A DNA stretch of 20,000 bases. Origin: Catajapyx aquilonaris. Its lineage: Eukaryota. Below are positions 9,980-20,000 of this stretch, one piece after another. A program made the position numbers and the translations under genes. A model generated the notes under the pieces. The model worked only from the letters and a program-made list of their open reading frames with translations, was not told where the DNA came from and ran no database searches. Where the stretch lies: the NCBI GenBank assembly GCA_000934665.2, contig JYFJ02001687.1, positions 52,753 through 72,752 of the forward strand, given 5' to 3'. Position 1 is the stretch's first letter. Every line of letters begins with the position of its first letter.

Positions 9980-12255
9980 GCTAGCAGTATGCCTGGTCTA
10001 ACACTGTACCAATCTGGTTTGAAAGTACGATGTCAATTAGAGCATATAAAAATATGATTTGAGTTTGCAATTCAAAATATCGTGTGCCGCTCACATAGGG
10101 CGAGAGAGATAATATTTTTATAGATGTACGTAGTCGTAGTAGTACTGTAGTAATAATATGAAAATATCAGTGAAAATAGCAATAGCGCCACATTGATCAG
10201 CTGGAGTGCCGGATGTGGCCATCTGGTGTTCTGTTGTCAACCACTCTCTTAAGATTTGCTTTATGTGCCTGTAAGTCACAATGTGGCTTGTAGTTTGCAA
10301 TACACATCAAGGAAGGGGAAGAAGGGTAAACAAATATTTACAACAAGTAACAAAACAGTCTTATAAGAAAATGCCTTATTATTTTCTTCCTCAGATCCAC
10401 GAGCACAGAAAGAAGAGAGACTAAAGGCAGCAGGAGGTGCTTACCCAAGATGAAAATGCCAATGGCTAGTGTCACATTTACGATGAGTTACACACAAGGA
10501 ATGCTATAATAGCCATTACACGGGTACTAGAGGGTAGGCAAAAAAAGCGAAACGAGGTTTGAATGTGGCAGAATTATTTTTACAGCTCTATTACGCTTGA
10601 CCAAAAATTATTTCGCAAAAAGCAATAGACTCATTCTTGAACTGTACTTATCAATGCTGCGTGGACACACCCTCCTGTATTTTTTTTTTCAAAACTTTAC
10701 TGTTTTTTGTATTTCCATAAATTTTCAGAAGTGCCAAATGATAAAGACTAAGGGGAAAACACTATAGAAAAAAACACTGCGCCGTTATGGTCCCCATTGT
10801 AATTCTATGCCTGCAGAGGGTTAGAAGGATATTAAAACGAGCCCCCTGCTTCGACACGGTTTGTAAGCCGGCAGGAGCTGGCCTCTGTCCCCATAGAAAA
10901 ACCCTCTGGCATGAGGTAACCTGCCTAGTTGAGCAGAGATGAAAAATCATTTCTGCCAAATTCAAATCTTTCTGTTACGAGCGCCCTGCATATAATGTGG
11001 GTTCCTTGTCTAATTCATGGAAAACACTGAAGATGGGTGCACGAAATAACAGCAGGATGCCTGAACCAATAATATTTTCATACTTCACATTATGTATGCA
11101 ATACTTGAATTTAATTTTAATTTCATTGTTAAATGAAATCGTGGTTTAGTTCGCACATAATCGTCACTGTATTTTCTGCATATATGTGGCATTACTGCAT
11201 CGATCTGAATAGAATTGGTTCACATAATGCACCTCTGTCATCTCATCACTTTGTTATCCGGTTCAGGAATTCAGGATGTATTTTATTGTTACACTAGCAT
11301 GGTTTTTGGAAGTGGAGGAGAGTCACGGCAACCATTTTGTGCCGTCTTGAAGGTGATGTGTTTGCAGAAATAATATTGTTATGATATTCCCTAAGACTCA
11401 GTATACATTAATACATGCACTGGTACAGTACCTTAAGTATACCGGTATCTTTACTGTACTAATTTTGAAATCATATTTTCAAAAGTATGTTTTTAAAATG
11501 TTTTTATAACATGCAGTTTCTTAGTAATTGCAGCATCAGTCAACATAAAAAATTAGCGCAGGGTTCGACTACTGGACCACAGAATTAGCTATACTTAGGA
11601 ATGAGATTGTTTCACCTTTCACGAGCAGTGAAAATCCAAATTCAGCATGTTGGAAATTAGCCAGATACAAAATTTGAACATAGTTGTTTTTGTACAATAC
11701 CGATGCTGGCATAGGTTATGTATTGCTTCGAGTATTACTTGTAATTTCATTAGGTACCGTAGTTCAGAAATATTTGCCGGGTAAAAACAACAATTTTTTC
11801 AGCTTTAGTATAGTTTGCATAGTGAGGTATAGGTATGTGCAGTATTTTTAACGCATTGCAATCATGTACAGTACAGTAGGCCCATATTAGGTACAGATAC
11901 CGTATTTATTATGTTACCTGTTTTAGCAGGTATAAATATCAATGACGCAATGCTTCCCTTCACTGGGCATTTCAACACATTTGGCTTTACAGTGTAGGAA
12001 TAATTTTATTTCAGCAATAAAAGTATTACAGAATATACAAAATTATTATATTACAAGTAGGCCTACATTTCAAATGTTGTTAACTGATTCCAATGCCCGA
12101 TTGTCCAAATGAGCAATAAAAGGGTATATTTCACCAGCCCAAAAATATTGTAAAAATGCACTGCAAAATAGCGCGATGACAAGGTCAAGATATTTCTGTC
12201 AAGTCTGATATTTCTTTTTTTCGTAATTTTCTCTGAGCAGTGCAACAAGGTTGCT

Positions 12256-12339
12256 AAAAGTTAGGTGATATTACATAATTATGTCACATAATTATGTAAT
12301 ATCATCTAACTTTTGCATACATAGAGTCTATGTATGCAA
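12256..12339. repeat. Two abutting palindromes (59 bp and 27 bp)
   Basis: 12256-12314 has 29-bp arms around C12285 (1 mismatch). 12313-12339 is TTGCATACATAGA-G-TCTATGTATGCAA (perfect). Confidence 0.85.
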
Positions 12340-12951
12340 TCATGTTTTGACTAGCTTGCTGCCATTTGATAACAAATCGAATAATAAGTCTTCTAGGCCC
12401 CTTTAAAAATACCGCCAATGATGACACTTCATATAATTATATCGTCGATTGGTTTCCTTCAGAAATAACCACAATTAAACACGGTTATTTAAAAAATACA
12501 AAAACCGAAACTCTTTAAAATATCGACACTCACGGTGCAGGGTTTTGTATAGATTCTCCGGAAATTTCTTTTACGCAGTAACTTTACTAATTTAAGTACA
12601 TTACCACAAGTAGTTTGGTGGCAAAATCAGGTAACTCAACAGACACGACAATTTGGCCGTCCTTATCAGTTTTGTAGATATCGCATTTTTCTTTGGCGGA
12701 CGAAGTGGAACCCACTCTGCTTATTATTCTATTTATTCGCATAAACCTATAGTAATATGAAATAATATTATTATTTAATGCAATGTTTGTATTATTTTAA
12801 AATCATTTCCTTTGAAATTTGAAAACAAACCATATGCTCTCCCTTTAGCTACATGTCGGTGCACAAGATACGTCGTATTATAAGTGATGGTACCAGATTT
12901 TGTAACTTTAATAACTTGCATCCACTCTTATGAAAAACTTACAGTACGATA

Positions 12952-13044
12952 GGATTGTGTAAATGTTTATTTATTTGATTTAATTAATACACCGTTATCA
13001 GATATGCGGTTTTTTGGAGGGGGGGGGGGGATTGTGTAAATGTT
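12952..13044 (-). mobile_element. Short insertion flanked by 16-bp direct repeat; likely 5'-truncated retroposed fragment
   Basis: GGATTGTGTAAATGTT at 12952-12967 and 13029-13044. The ~61-bp insert ends on the minus strand in an A-rich AAATCAAATAAATA tail. Confidence 0.45.
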
Positions 13045-14029
13045 AGTGGATGATGTAAGCATAAAATGATTGCATTGGTCTCTACACATCATGCTACAGA
13101 GGCAGTACAGTCCTTATTGCCAGCTATACCAACGTGATTCTACAGGTTATTATTAATTTTGTACTTGTGTGTTTTCCCTAAATTGCTCAATATTTCTGGC
13201 TGTTTATTTCCTTTCCAGAGCAAAATTATTCCTCTCAGCATCGACAAGTCCATCTCCAGTTTCTTCATTCAGATCAATATCAAACTTTGTATTTTATCGC
13301 ATTAACTCGAGTACTTAATGAAATGAGTTTCAAAATTTATGCCGCTTATTTTGAGATAACCGCAAGACGACTGAGGATGGAAGTTGGAAACACAAGGATT
13401 TCGTTCCACGTCACGACTCACGAGCCATACAACGTCAGCTCCATTTGGAAAACCGTGCTATCTTGCCCTAAAGGTTCATACCAAACAGCAAGACAACTAC
13501 TTCAAAATCATGTGACACATTTTCACAAATGATACGGGCTTATAGTACTTAGCATTTCTAAATTGTGCACCGGAAACACTTTAATGTGGTATAACTTCAA
13601 ATCGTGTATATCCCAAATTTAGTGAGAAGTAAGAGCCCTGTATTACGTGTAGTTCGCTGTGGTATATACAGTGCCTGCGGTAATTATTAAGCGCTATCCT
13701 TCAGACGAAGAAAGTAAATATTTTTATGACTATACTATTACTATACTATTATAGAATTACAATACAGCACCCATAAATTTTAACTCAAGTAGTACGATTA
13801 ATACCATCTGTGTTATGAAACTATATTAGGACAGTATAGGGTTATTTACTGGCATGCAATAATTAAAACGGATATTTCTTATTGTAACATGCATTTATTA
13901 AAACTTATGACCAGCAGGTTACCAAATGAGTGAAACACATTTTCATCGGGAAGTTGCTGAATTTGATAGAACAAGTTCTGTATAGTAAAAAGAATTCTGC
14001 TTGACTTTGATTTATAATAACACAACGCG

Positions 14030-14064
14030 ACGGTAGAGTATACAGTTACAGTATACTCTACCGT
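14030..14064. repeat. Short palindrome, 14-bp perfect arms, 7-nt spacer
   Basis: ACGGTAGAGTATAC-AGTTACA-GTATACTCTACCGT. Confidence 0.8.
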
Positions 14065-14311
14065 GACCAACAAAAACATTCCTGATATCCAACATTTCAA
14101 ATTATATAGTAGACTATATTCCACTTACACTAATATGAAAATTAGTTGCTTAAAATTACTATGTCCTGTAGCATTTCATCATCTTCATCACTTATGAGAA
14201 GTTGTTCAGTGATGTTAGCATTTATACCACCATAAAAAGGTTTCCACCTTACAAGTTAGATGCAATAATAATTGGATAACTGTGCTTTCATTGGCGCAAG
14301 TACTGTACGTA

Positions 14312-14500
14312 GGGGAGACGGAGTGGCGCTGCGGTAATGTACGTGCCCACGGATGTTAAGGTCCCGGGTTCGAACCCAACCCGGGGATACCTCCTTCATC
14401 TCGTGCAGAGTTTTCGGGTCGTCTCTGGATTCGTTTCGGGTGGTATTTCCGACAGACTAAGCCACCCAGGGGAGCTTACAAAATGACCTCACTTTTATTA
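14312..14500 (+). mobile_element. tRNA-derived SINE (3' end approximate)
   Basis: GGGG start, A-box-like TGGCGCTGCGG (14324-14334), B box GGTTCGAACCC (14367-14377) at Pol III spacing, then a tRNA-unrelated body and AT-rich tail. No complete cloverleaf. Confidence 0.7.
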
Positions 14501-14639
14501 TATTTACCTGTGTGGGTGAAACTGCCCTTAATTCTCATAAATATAAATAGATTACTACTGTATATTCTGCTGCTTTCAGCTATAGGGAATTTTTTTTCTT
14601 CATTATTCCTTGATTATTTTTCAGCACCAGCAATTGAAA

Positions 14640-14867
14640 GGCTCTCGCTCTCTGCAATAACCAGGTATGCGGACTTGGGACTTTTTTCCAGAGTTTTAAA
14701 GCGAAAAGCCTATATAAACAAAGTTCACATGTCCACATTGCACCCCTTACCTGGAACAGGGTTCTCTGCAATAACCAGGTATGTGAACTTACCTGGTTTA
14801 TAGGCTTTTCGCTTTAAAACTCTGGAAAAAAGTCCCAGGTCCACATACCTGGTTATTGCAGAGAGCC
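14640..14867. mobile_element. Foldback MITE (~228 bp) with 68-bp inverted arms and an internal third copy of the terminal sequence
   Basis: 14647-14714 vs 14799-14866 reverse complement with 2 mismatches. CTCTGCAATAACCAGGTATG is repeated internally at 14764-14783, and GCTCTC is duplicated at the left end. TSD not clear. Confidence 0.75.
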
Positions 14868-15199
14868 ATCATGACGAACTTGAGCTTCACTAACCCCGAA
14901 ATATCGTGACACAAACTTCAGCACAACGTATATTCTTACAAGGGGCTGGAAGGTATCGTTGATAATACTGTATAAGGCCCATATAGATTATTGTTGGAGA
15001 CTCTTTTGTTTCCGTCAAGAGCATACATGCAAAATGCTTTAGCAAGTTCAGATTCTAAATGCTTAATACCGCACACGGTTAAATAATACTCTCATTCCTC
15101 CATAAGATATGCTGCATATTGTATGCATAAACAGTGTGACTAATTTGCAAAAAAAAGTTGGGTGTTTAAAACAGGTTAAGTTGCAAGATAACTTGAAAG

Positions 15200-15620
15200 A
15201 AACCGGCTAATCCTCAACAATTTGTAGGCGGCCTAAAAAATATCGGAATTTCAGTCGGCAGACTTCTAATGAACGTGGCTCGAAGGATGGACATGCCCAG
15301 GTTGGACACGTATCAGTTTACTAGAGCCTCCATCCTACCCCTCATCCCTCCTACAGGTTAATCCTAATTGGAGTCCATGCCGGCAGAGAGATGAAGGTCG
15401 GAGAGGAAAATGTTGGGTGTATAAGGATTCCGCTCTGGATTGTTACTTTCTCGGGCATAAATAGGCCAGCCTAATGATATTATGGTGGGAGGGTTCTAAA
15501 GAGCAATTAAGTGTGGTTTCTCCAATGTGGTCGGCGCAGGGGGGGGGGGGGGNNNNNNNGGGCTCCCGCGACCACCACTATAGAGACCATCTTCGGTTCA
15601 CGCTAATGACCTCTCATTAA
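15200..15620. promoter_or_regulatory. Candidate distal hh cis-regulatory module (homeodomain and Runt motif cluster)
   Basis: TAATCC x2, CTAATGA x3, TAATTG, CAATTAA, TCATTAA, TGTGGTY x2 in a GC-richer block without obvious TE ends. Motif evidence only. Confidence 0.3.
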
Positions 15621-17719
15621 GATACCGGCACCAATACAACACAAATCACAAGAGAACAGCACTTTGGAACGATAGGGGTTTCAGGTTTGATGGGAAGAAA
15701 AGGGGGTGGCAAAAAAAAAGAAGTCGTCTGATATCACAGGATACGATCAAACCTGCGGCTTGGGATCAAGGACCATTCCGTCCCACAAGCTTTTTATTAT
15801 CACACGGACTCCCCAAACGGATTGTCACTGAACGTGTAAAGCACTTATCTATCTAAAATTGTCAAACGTATATATTTTGCAATGTGAATGAGCCATACTG
15901 AATCATTTTTAAGTACAAGGCTGACATAATATTACTCTTATGGTGTGGGCTGCAGGATTGTTAAAACCAGTTAAAATCCCATAACCTAGGGTGGAAACTA
16001 TAGAGGGGTCAAGGGGGGGGGGGTCTCGGGTCAGGCTTTGTGCGCCAATTAAATTAATTTATTACCTCACGTTCACCACTACAAGTTATACATACACCAG
16101 CTCCTGCTTGAGGTGCCTATTCTTTTTATTAGGTCCACTAATTCTATTGACCAGTGGTCGACACTTTGTATTTGGAAGGTTTGGATACATTTTGATATCA
16201 GCCATGCTGACAGGGGTATATAAAAAGATGGTTTGTAAAGAGTGTCCCTATTCGTTTCAGGCGGCTTACAGGGAGACCGAATAGGTGATGAGAAAGCTTC
16301 AGATCACTCTCATTTCATCATCATTCCTCGTCACGGCAGGAGTTTCACCCTCAAGGTCTCAGTTTTTACCTTCACAGTCCACCCCAACTCACTCCAGTAC
16401 AGGCTTACAGCAGGGGTCCCTTCCCATCAGAACAAGGTCTCAGATAGGTTCCAAAATTAATTTAACTTATTTATTTCACGCAAAACCTGACCGTAATTAG
16501 CCCAGATCTAAATTCAATTGACTAATAGACCTATAAGTACAGCAATCAATAAAAAGATTTACCATCACTTCAACCATCTCCCCATGAAAAATGGCCAGGG
16601 AGTGGAATTACATAATACGGTGAATAAATTTCCACCACTTGGTTTTTAAAAAAAAGGTGGAGTGCAATTAAGCAGCTCCAAGCATCACGTTTATTGTTGC
16701 AATGAGCAATCCCGTTGGCATCGGCATAGTTATGGCCTTCTTGCAACCCACGACATGCTACTATTTAGAGGGGGGGGGGTTCCTCACTTGATTTATATCT
16801 CCCTTGTTTGACTTGCCTAAATCTGGCTCCAGCTCCGGCAGAATATTTAATACATTCCCCGGGAAAAGGTGTCGCCAGATAGGAATATAAAAAACACGAG
16901 AGATGTGAGCAGCAGGTTTGGCCTATCTGGGAGAAGCACCCTTGGTCGTGACCGAACCCCCACAGCGTTGCTGACCCCCTGTGGTCACCACGTCCACTCT
17001 GCTCCAAAGGTGAGGGGCGGATGGGGGCGGTGAACTCCCCACCTCGAATTCCCACATAATATACAGAGTGGCACAAAAAAGTGAGACTCTTTTCAATCAT
17101 TTTACACGTTTCACCCACTTCAGAGCTCTTAAAAACTATTATGGTTAACGGCAAGGAAAGAGAAAGAGACTGGATTTCAAACTGGTTAACGGTAGGCTCA
17201 TAAACTGTTGGCAGCCATTAAGCCATTCATTGCTGTTTTTTTTTTCTTCAAAAAACCTTTCGTTAATTACACGTACACTTTAACCTGAACATATAGTGCT
17301 GTGCAGTTGCAGAATATACAGGGTGTTTAATGATCGCAGTTTAGCACACCTATTAGAATAATAATGCAAGGTTCTGCCGAGGGATGTCTATCAGAAATAA
17401 ACCTCACTAAAATAATCAGGTAAATGCCGGTAAGTGTAAAAATTATTTCTCGTGACATACACTTGATTGAGAGCATACCTGAGTCAACCAGCATTAGAGG
17501 GAAGTTCTCCATTGTCGGAGTAAAATTCACTCCTTTTTTGTGCTTTTTGAGCTACACAAATGCCAATGAAGGTATCCAAGCCTGGTGGCCTTTAGCCCTT
17601 CCCATCGTGCACTCTGATGTGAGGGCGATTGGAGCTTTTTTCGGGATTGTCGGTGCATCGTGACGTAGATACAATGGGAAGAAACAGAAAAATTGTCTTG
17701 CTGAATCACAGTTCTTTAA

Positions 17720-18200
17720 AGGAAGGGTTCAGTGATTTTGCATGTCGGGCTTCAGAGATCAAGGAAGACTCCCTGATTCCAAAAATGTGGTCAGTTTTGG
17801 AATCTGACGCCGCGTAAACAAATGCCGTTAGGTGAAAGTCCATATCCGATACTGTATTCGATACGGTAAGCGTACAGCCAGCGCCTCCCGCGGAAATTCC
17901 GGTAACCTGCCACCACCGTGGCCAATGAGATTGGCTTAGTCTCGGAGCCCATTTTTTCATCTTTTCACGGGACACGGGTTCCCTCTAGCCACAAGAGTGG
18001 AAGCTTCGACCGCTGCATCGAAGCTTCCACTCTTGTGGCTAGAGGCAAGCCGTGTTCGGCGCTGATTTTCAAAAAAATCAACTTTGACTTGAAATTTTAC
18101 TTTAATGGTGCATTTGCCAACAAAACGGATCGGATATTTCAAATCAGGGAGTCGTGTTTGATTTTTGAAGCTCAACATGCAAAATCACTGAACCCTTCCT
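17720..18200. mobile_element. Kolobok/T2-type MITE (481 bp), TTAA TSD, long TIRs, internal palindrome
   Basis: TTAA|AGGAAGGGTTCAGTGATTTTGCATGT... and ...ACATGCAAAATCACTGAACCCTTCCT|TTAA (TTAA at 17716-17719 and 18201-18204). TIR similarity continues ~75 bp. TTAA plus AGG termini are characteristic of Kolobok/T2 MITEs. Confidence 0.8.
17982..18045. repeat. Perfect 28-bp-arm palindrome inside the Kolobok-like MITE
   Basis: CCTCTAGCCACAAGAGTGGAAGCTTCGA - 8 nt - TCGAAGCTTCCACTCTTGTGGCTAGAGG. Confidence 0.9.
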
Positions 18201-18441
18201 TTAAAAACAAAAAAAAATGGTCATCAGTAGGCTACTGTACAACAAAAAATCAAACAAATATGTCGATCCTTACCGGGAAGCAAAGCTTGGAAGCAACTCC
18301 ATGCGTAACAGGCCACAGTGCAACTGACAATATTCTATCAGGTGTTGTATTTTTTTTAAATTCATTCTCAAAATGCGCAAAAGGATACACAACCAAATGC
18401 GGAGTTGGTAAAATATAATGCTGCATATTACAGTATAATTT

Positions 18442-18689
18442 GAAGAGTCCAGGGGAAAAAGGGGGAATGTCACACAAAAAATGTTCGTGAGAAATCGAAG
18501 AAATTGCTTTATTTCTTCACGTGTATAAGGAATAATAGGGATATCTTCACGTCATTATATGCAACTGTCCCCCTTGTACCCATGGAAAGCCTCCAGGTAT
18601 AAGTGGCACCTACGCTAGGCTATTGTACTGTGCACTTGGCAGGAACCCCAATGGAATTTGACATTCCCCCTTTTTCCCCTGGACTCTTC
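18442..18689. mobile_element. MITE (248 bp) with perfect 31-bp TIRs and 4-bp ATTT TSD, Sola-like
   Basis: GAAGAGTCCAGGGGAAAAAGGGGGAATGTCA (18442-18472) and exact reverse complement (18659-18689). ATTT at 18438-18441 and 18690-18693 fits the AWWT TSD described for Sola1. Confidence 0.78.
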
Positions 18690-19149
18690 ATTTGACTTGC
18701 CTAATTCAACCACTTGTACTATAAGGCTCCTACACATAATTTGAATCTGTTTTGCAACACTAGCTATCTTAAATATGCACCCAAGTACAGTAGTTGTGAA
18801 CTTCCTTATTTACATTCCTTATCATTATTACTCAGCGTTGTTATCTCCATCAAATTCTATCAAGTGCCATTACCAATACCAGTTAGAACCCTTCCCTTTA
18901 TCATCATCAGCCCGCAGCGATTATACCTGACACCTGTTCGTGCACATACTAAAAGCCAACAAGTGCACGGGTCATTACCCACAAGTTTTCTCCAAAAATC
19001 TTGGAACAAACTGGAGGGGAACACCGAACACCAATGTAAATCTCCCCAACAAGGGCAGGGTCCGCCTGGGCAGCCGCATCAAGTAGCCTGGTGATGGAAC
19101 AAAAGGTAGGCAGAAGCAAGCAGGCACAAAAAAATCCGTAGGTACTTGC

Positions 19150-19520
19150 CACACACGAGTGGCCACCCCAAGTGACGCGGGGGGGAAAAAGGGACTAATG
19201 GCCACTAACGCCCTCCTATCACCCCCTTAACGCCCGCCGGAACATGGCATTTATAAACGCCTAATGAGATACCAATTTGTCAATTAGGACGTCTCATAAA
19301 GATGAGCGACGCCGGAGAGTGGACCACACAGAGTCTTGTCTGACGACTTGGGCTGGGGATGGAACGGATGGTCGGGCGGGCGAGCGAGCAAGCGTGCCCC
19401 CGACAGATTCTGGGGGNGGGGGGGTGTCGCTTGTGGGGTGGCCTAAGGTTGCGGTTGAGGTGTGGTTGGGGATGGGCTGTCGCAAGATTTTTGGGGCTGT
19501 CGGGAAGGGCACGTGCCACT
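19150..19520. promoter_or_regulatory. Candidate distal hh cis-regulatory module (GC/CpG-rich; Runt, Ci-like, Hairy/E(spl), homeodomain motifs)
   Basis: GACCACACA 19322-19330, TGCGGTT 19450-19456, TGTGGTT 19461-19467, GGCACGTGCC 19508-19517, CTAATG x2, CAATTAG. Motif evidence only. Confidence 0.3.
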
Positions 19521-20000
19521 AGCCTACAGGGTGGGCCTTAGGCAGCCTGCTGCATGTGTATAGAGAAATGTACGTAGTGAAGTCATAAAAGGAAATGAAA
19601 AATATACAGTAGTTATATATATAAAAAACTCCCAACATAATTTTAAAATAATATGGATTAAAAATTCATGTACTGTTAGGTGGTGGGGTAATAGCGCAAA
19701 TCGAGATAATGTGCTTCGTCAGTTGCTATAACTCGGGTGTAAAAGGTGCCGCATCTATCACACATCTCTGACAGCTTCTTGCAATCAAGTTCGTATCTCC
19801 TAAACAACGGTGATGTCATAATTCTGTAAATTGTACACTCTTTAGCTTAGATTATGATTAGTGGCACTATAGCCACACTGCAGCAAATATAGATCATTGG
19901 ACACAGAAATTGGATGGCAGGTGTGCTCATACATCTAGTACTGTATAGGCCCGTGGTATCCATTGGAACCCCCCCCCCTCCCCCCCTTTTTCACGTGGTT

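Noticed and set aside
10217..10229. CTCF-like ACACCAGATGGCC (minus strand)
   Set aside because: Single partial match with no supporting context.
11555..11580. B-box-like GGGTTCGACT
   Set aside because: No convincing A box or SINE body; too degenerate.
14312..14390. tRNA gene
   Set aside because: A/B boxes are present but there is no proper acceptor stem or cloverleaf; better explained as a SINE head.
15539..15562. Poly-G runs with Ns (15553-15559; also N at 19417) and other G/C homopolymers
   Set aside because: Ns most likely reflect sequencing uncertainty in homopolymers; no structural inference is warranted.
17706..18418. Two ORFs (17706-17975 minus, 17918-18418 plus) sharing the peptide ...IRES.LI.EA.HAKSLNPSFK
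   Set aside because: The similarity comes from translating the two inverted arms of a MITE; not proteins.
1..20000. CRISPR array, prokaryotic operon or defence system; remaining short ORFs
   Set aside because: Sequence is eukaryotic intron/intergenic DNA. There is no regularly spaced direct-repeat array, and the other ORFs are short with no recognisable domains.

Overview
Animal (protostome-type invertebrate) genomic DNA, AT-rich, containing the 5' end of a hedgehog (hh) gene on the minus strand. The first coding exon is 5984->5553 and encodes a His-rich N-terminal extension, an internal signal peptide, CGPGRG and the first part of Hh-N. It ends at the conserved ...DRLMTQ|GT phase-0 donor, and intron 1 runs off the left edge (>5.5 kb, no exon 2 seen). 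The other ~14 kb is non-coding 5' flank. Intron and flank carry small non-autonomous elements (Tc1/mariner-like, PIF/Harbinger-like, Kolobok/T2-like and Sola-like MITEs, a tRNA-derived SINE, a TSD-flanked retroposed fragment), several palindromes, and GC-richer blocks with clustered TF motifs that may be hh enhancers. The other ORFs in the track look spurious. I see no convincing new biological system. The best leads are regulatory: a uORF stack ending 2 nt before the hh ATG, a poly-His pre-signal extension, candidate enhancer blocks, and a foldback element carrying two CRE sites.
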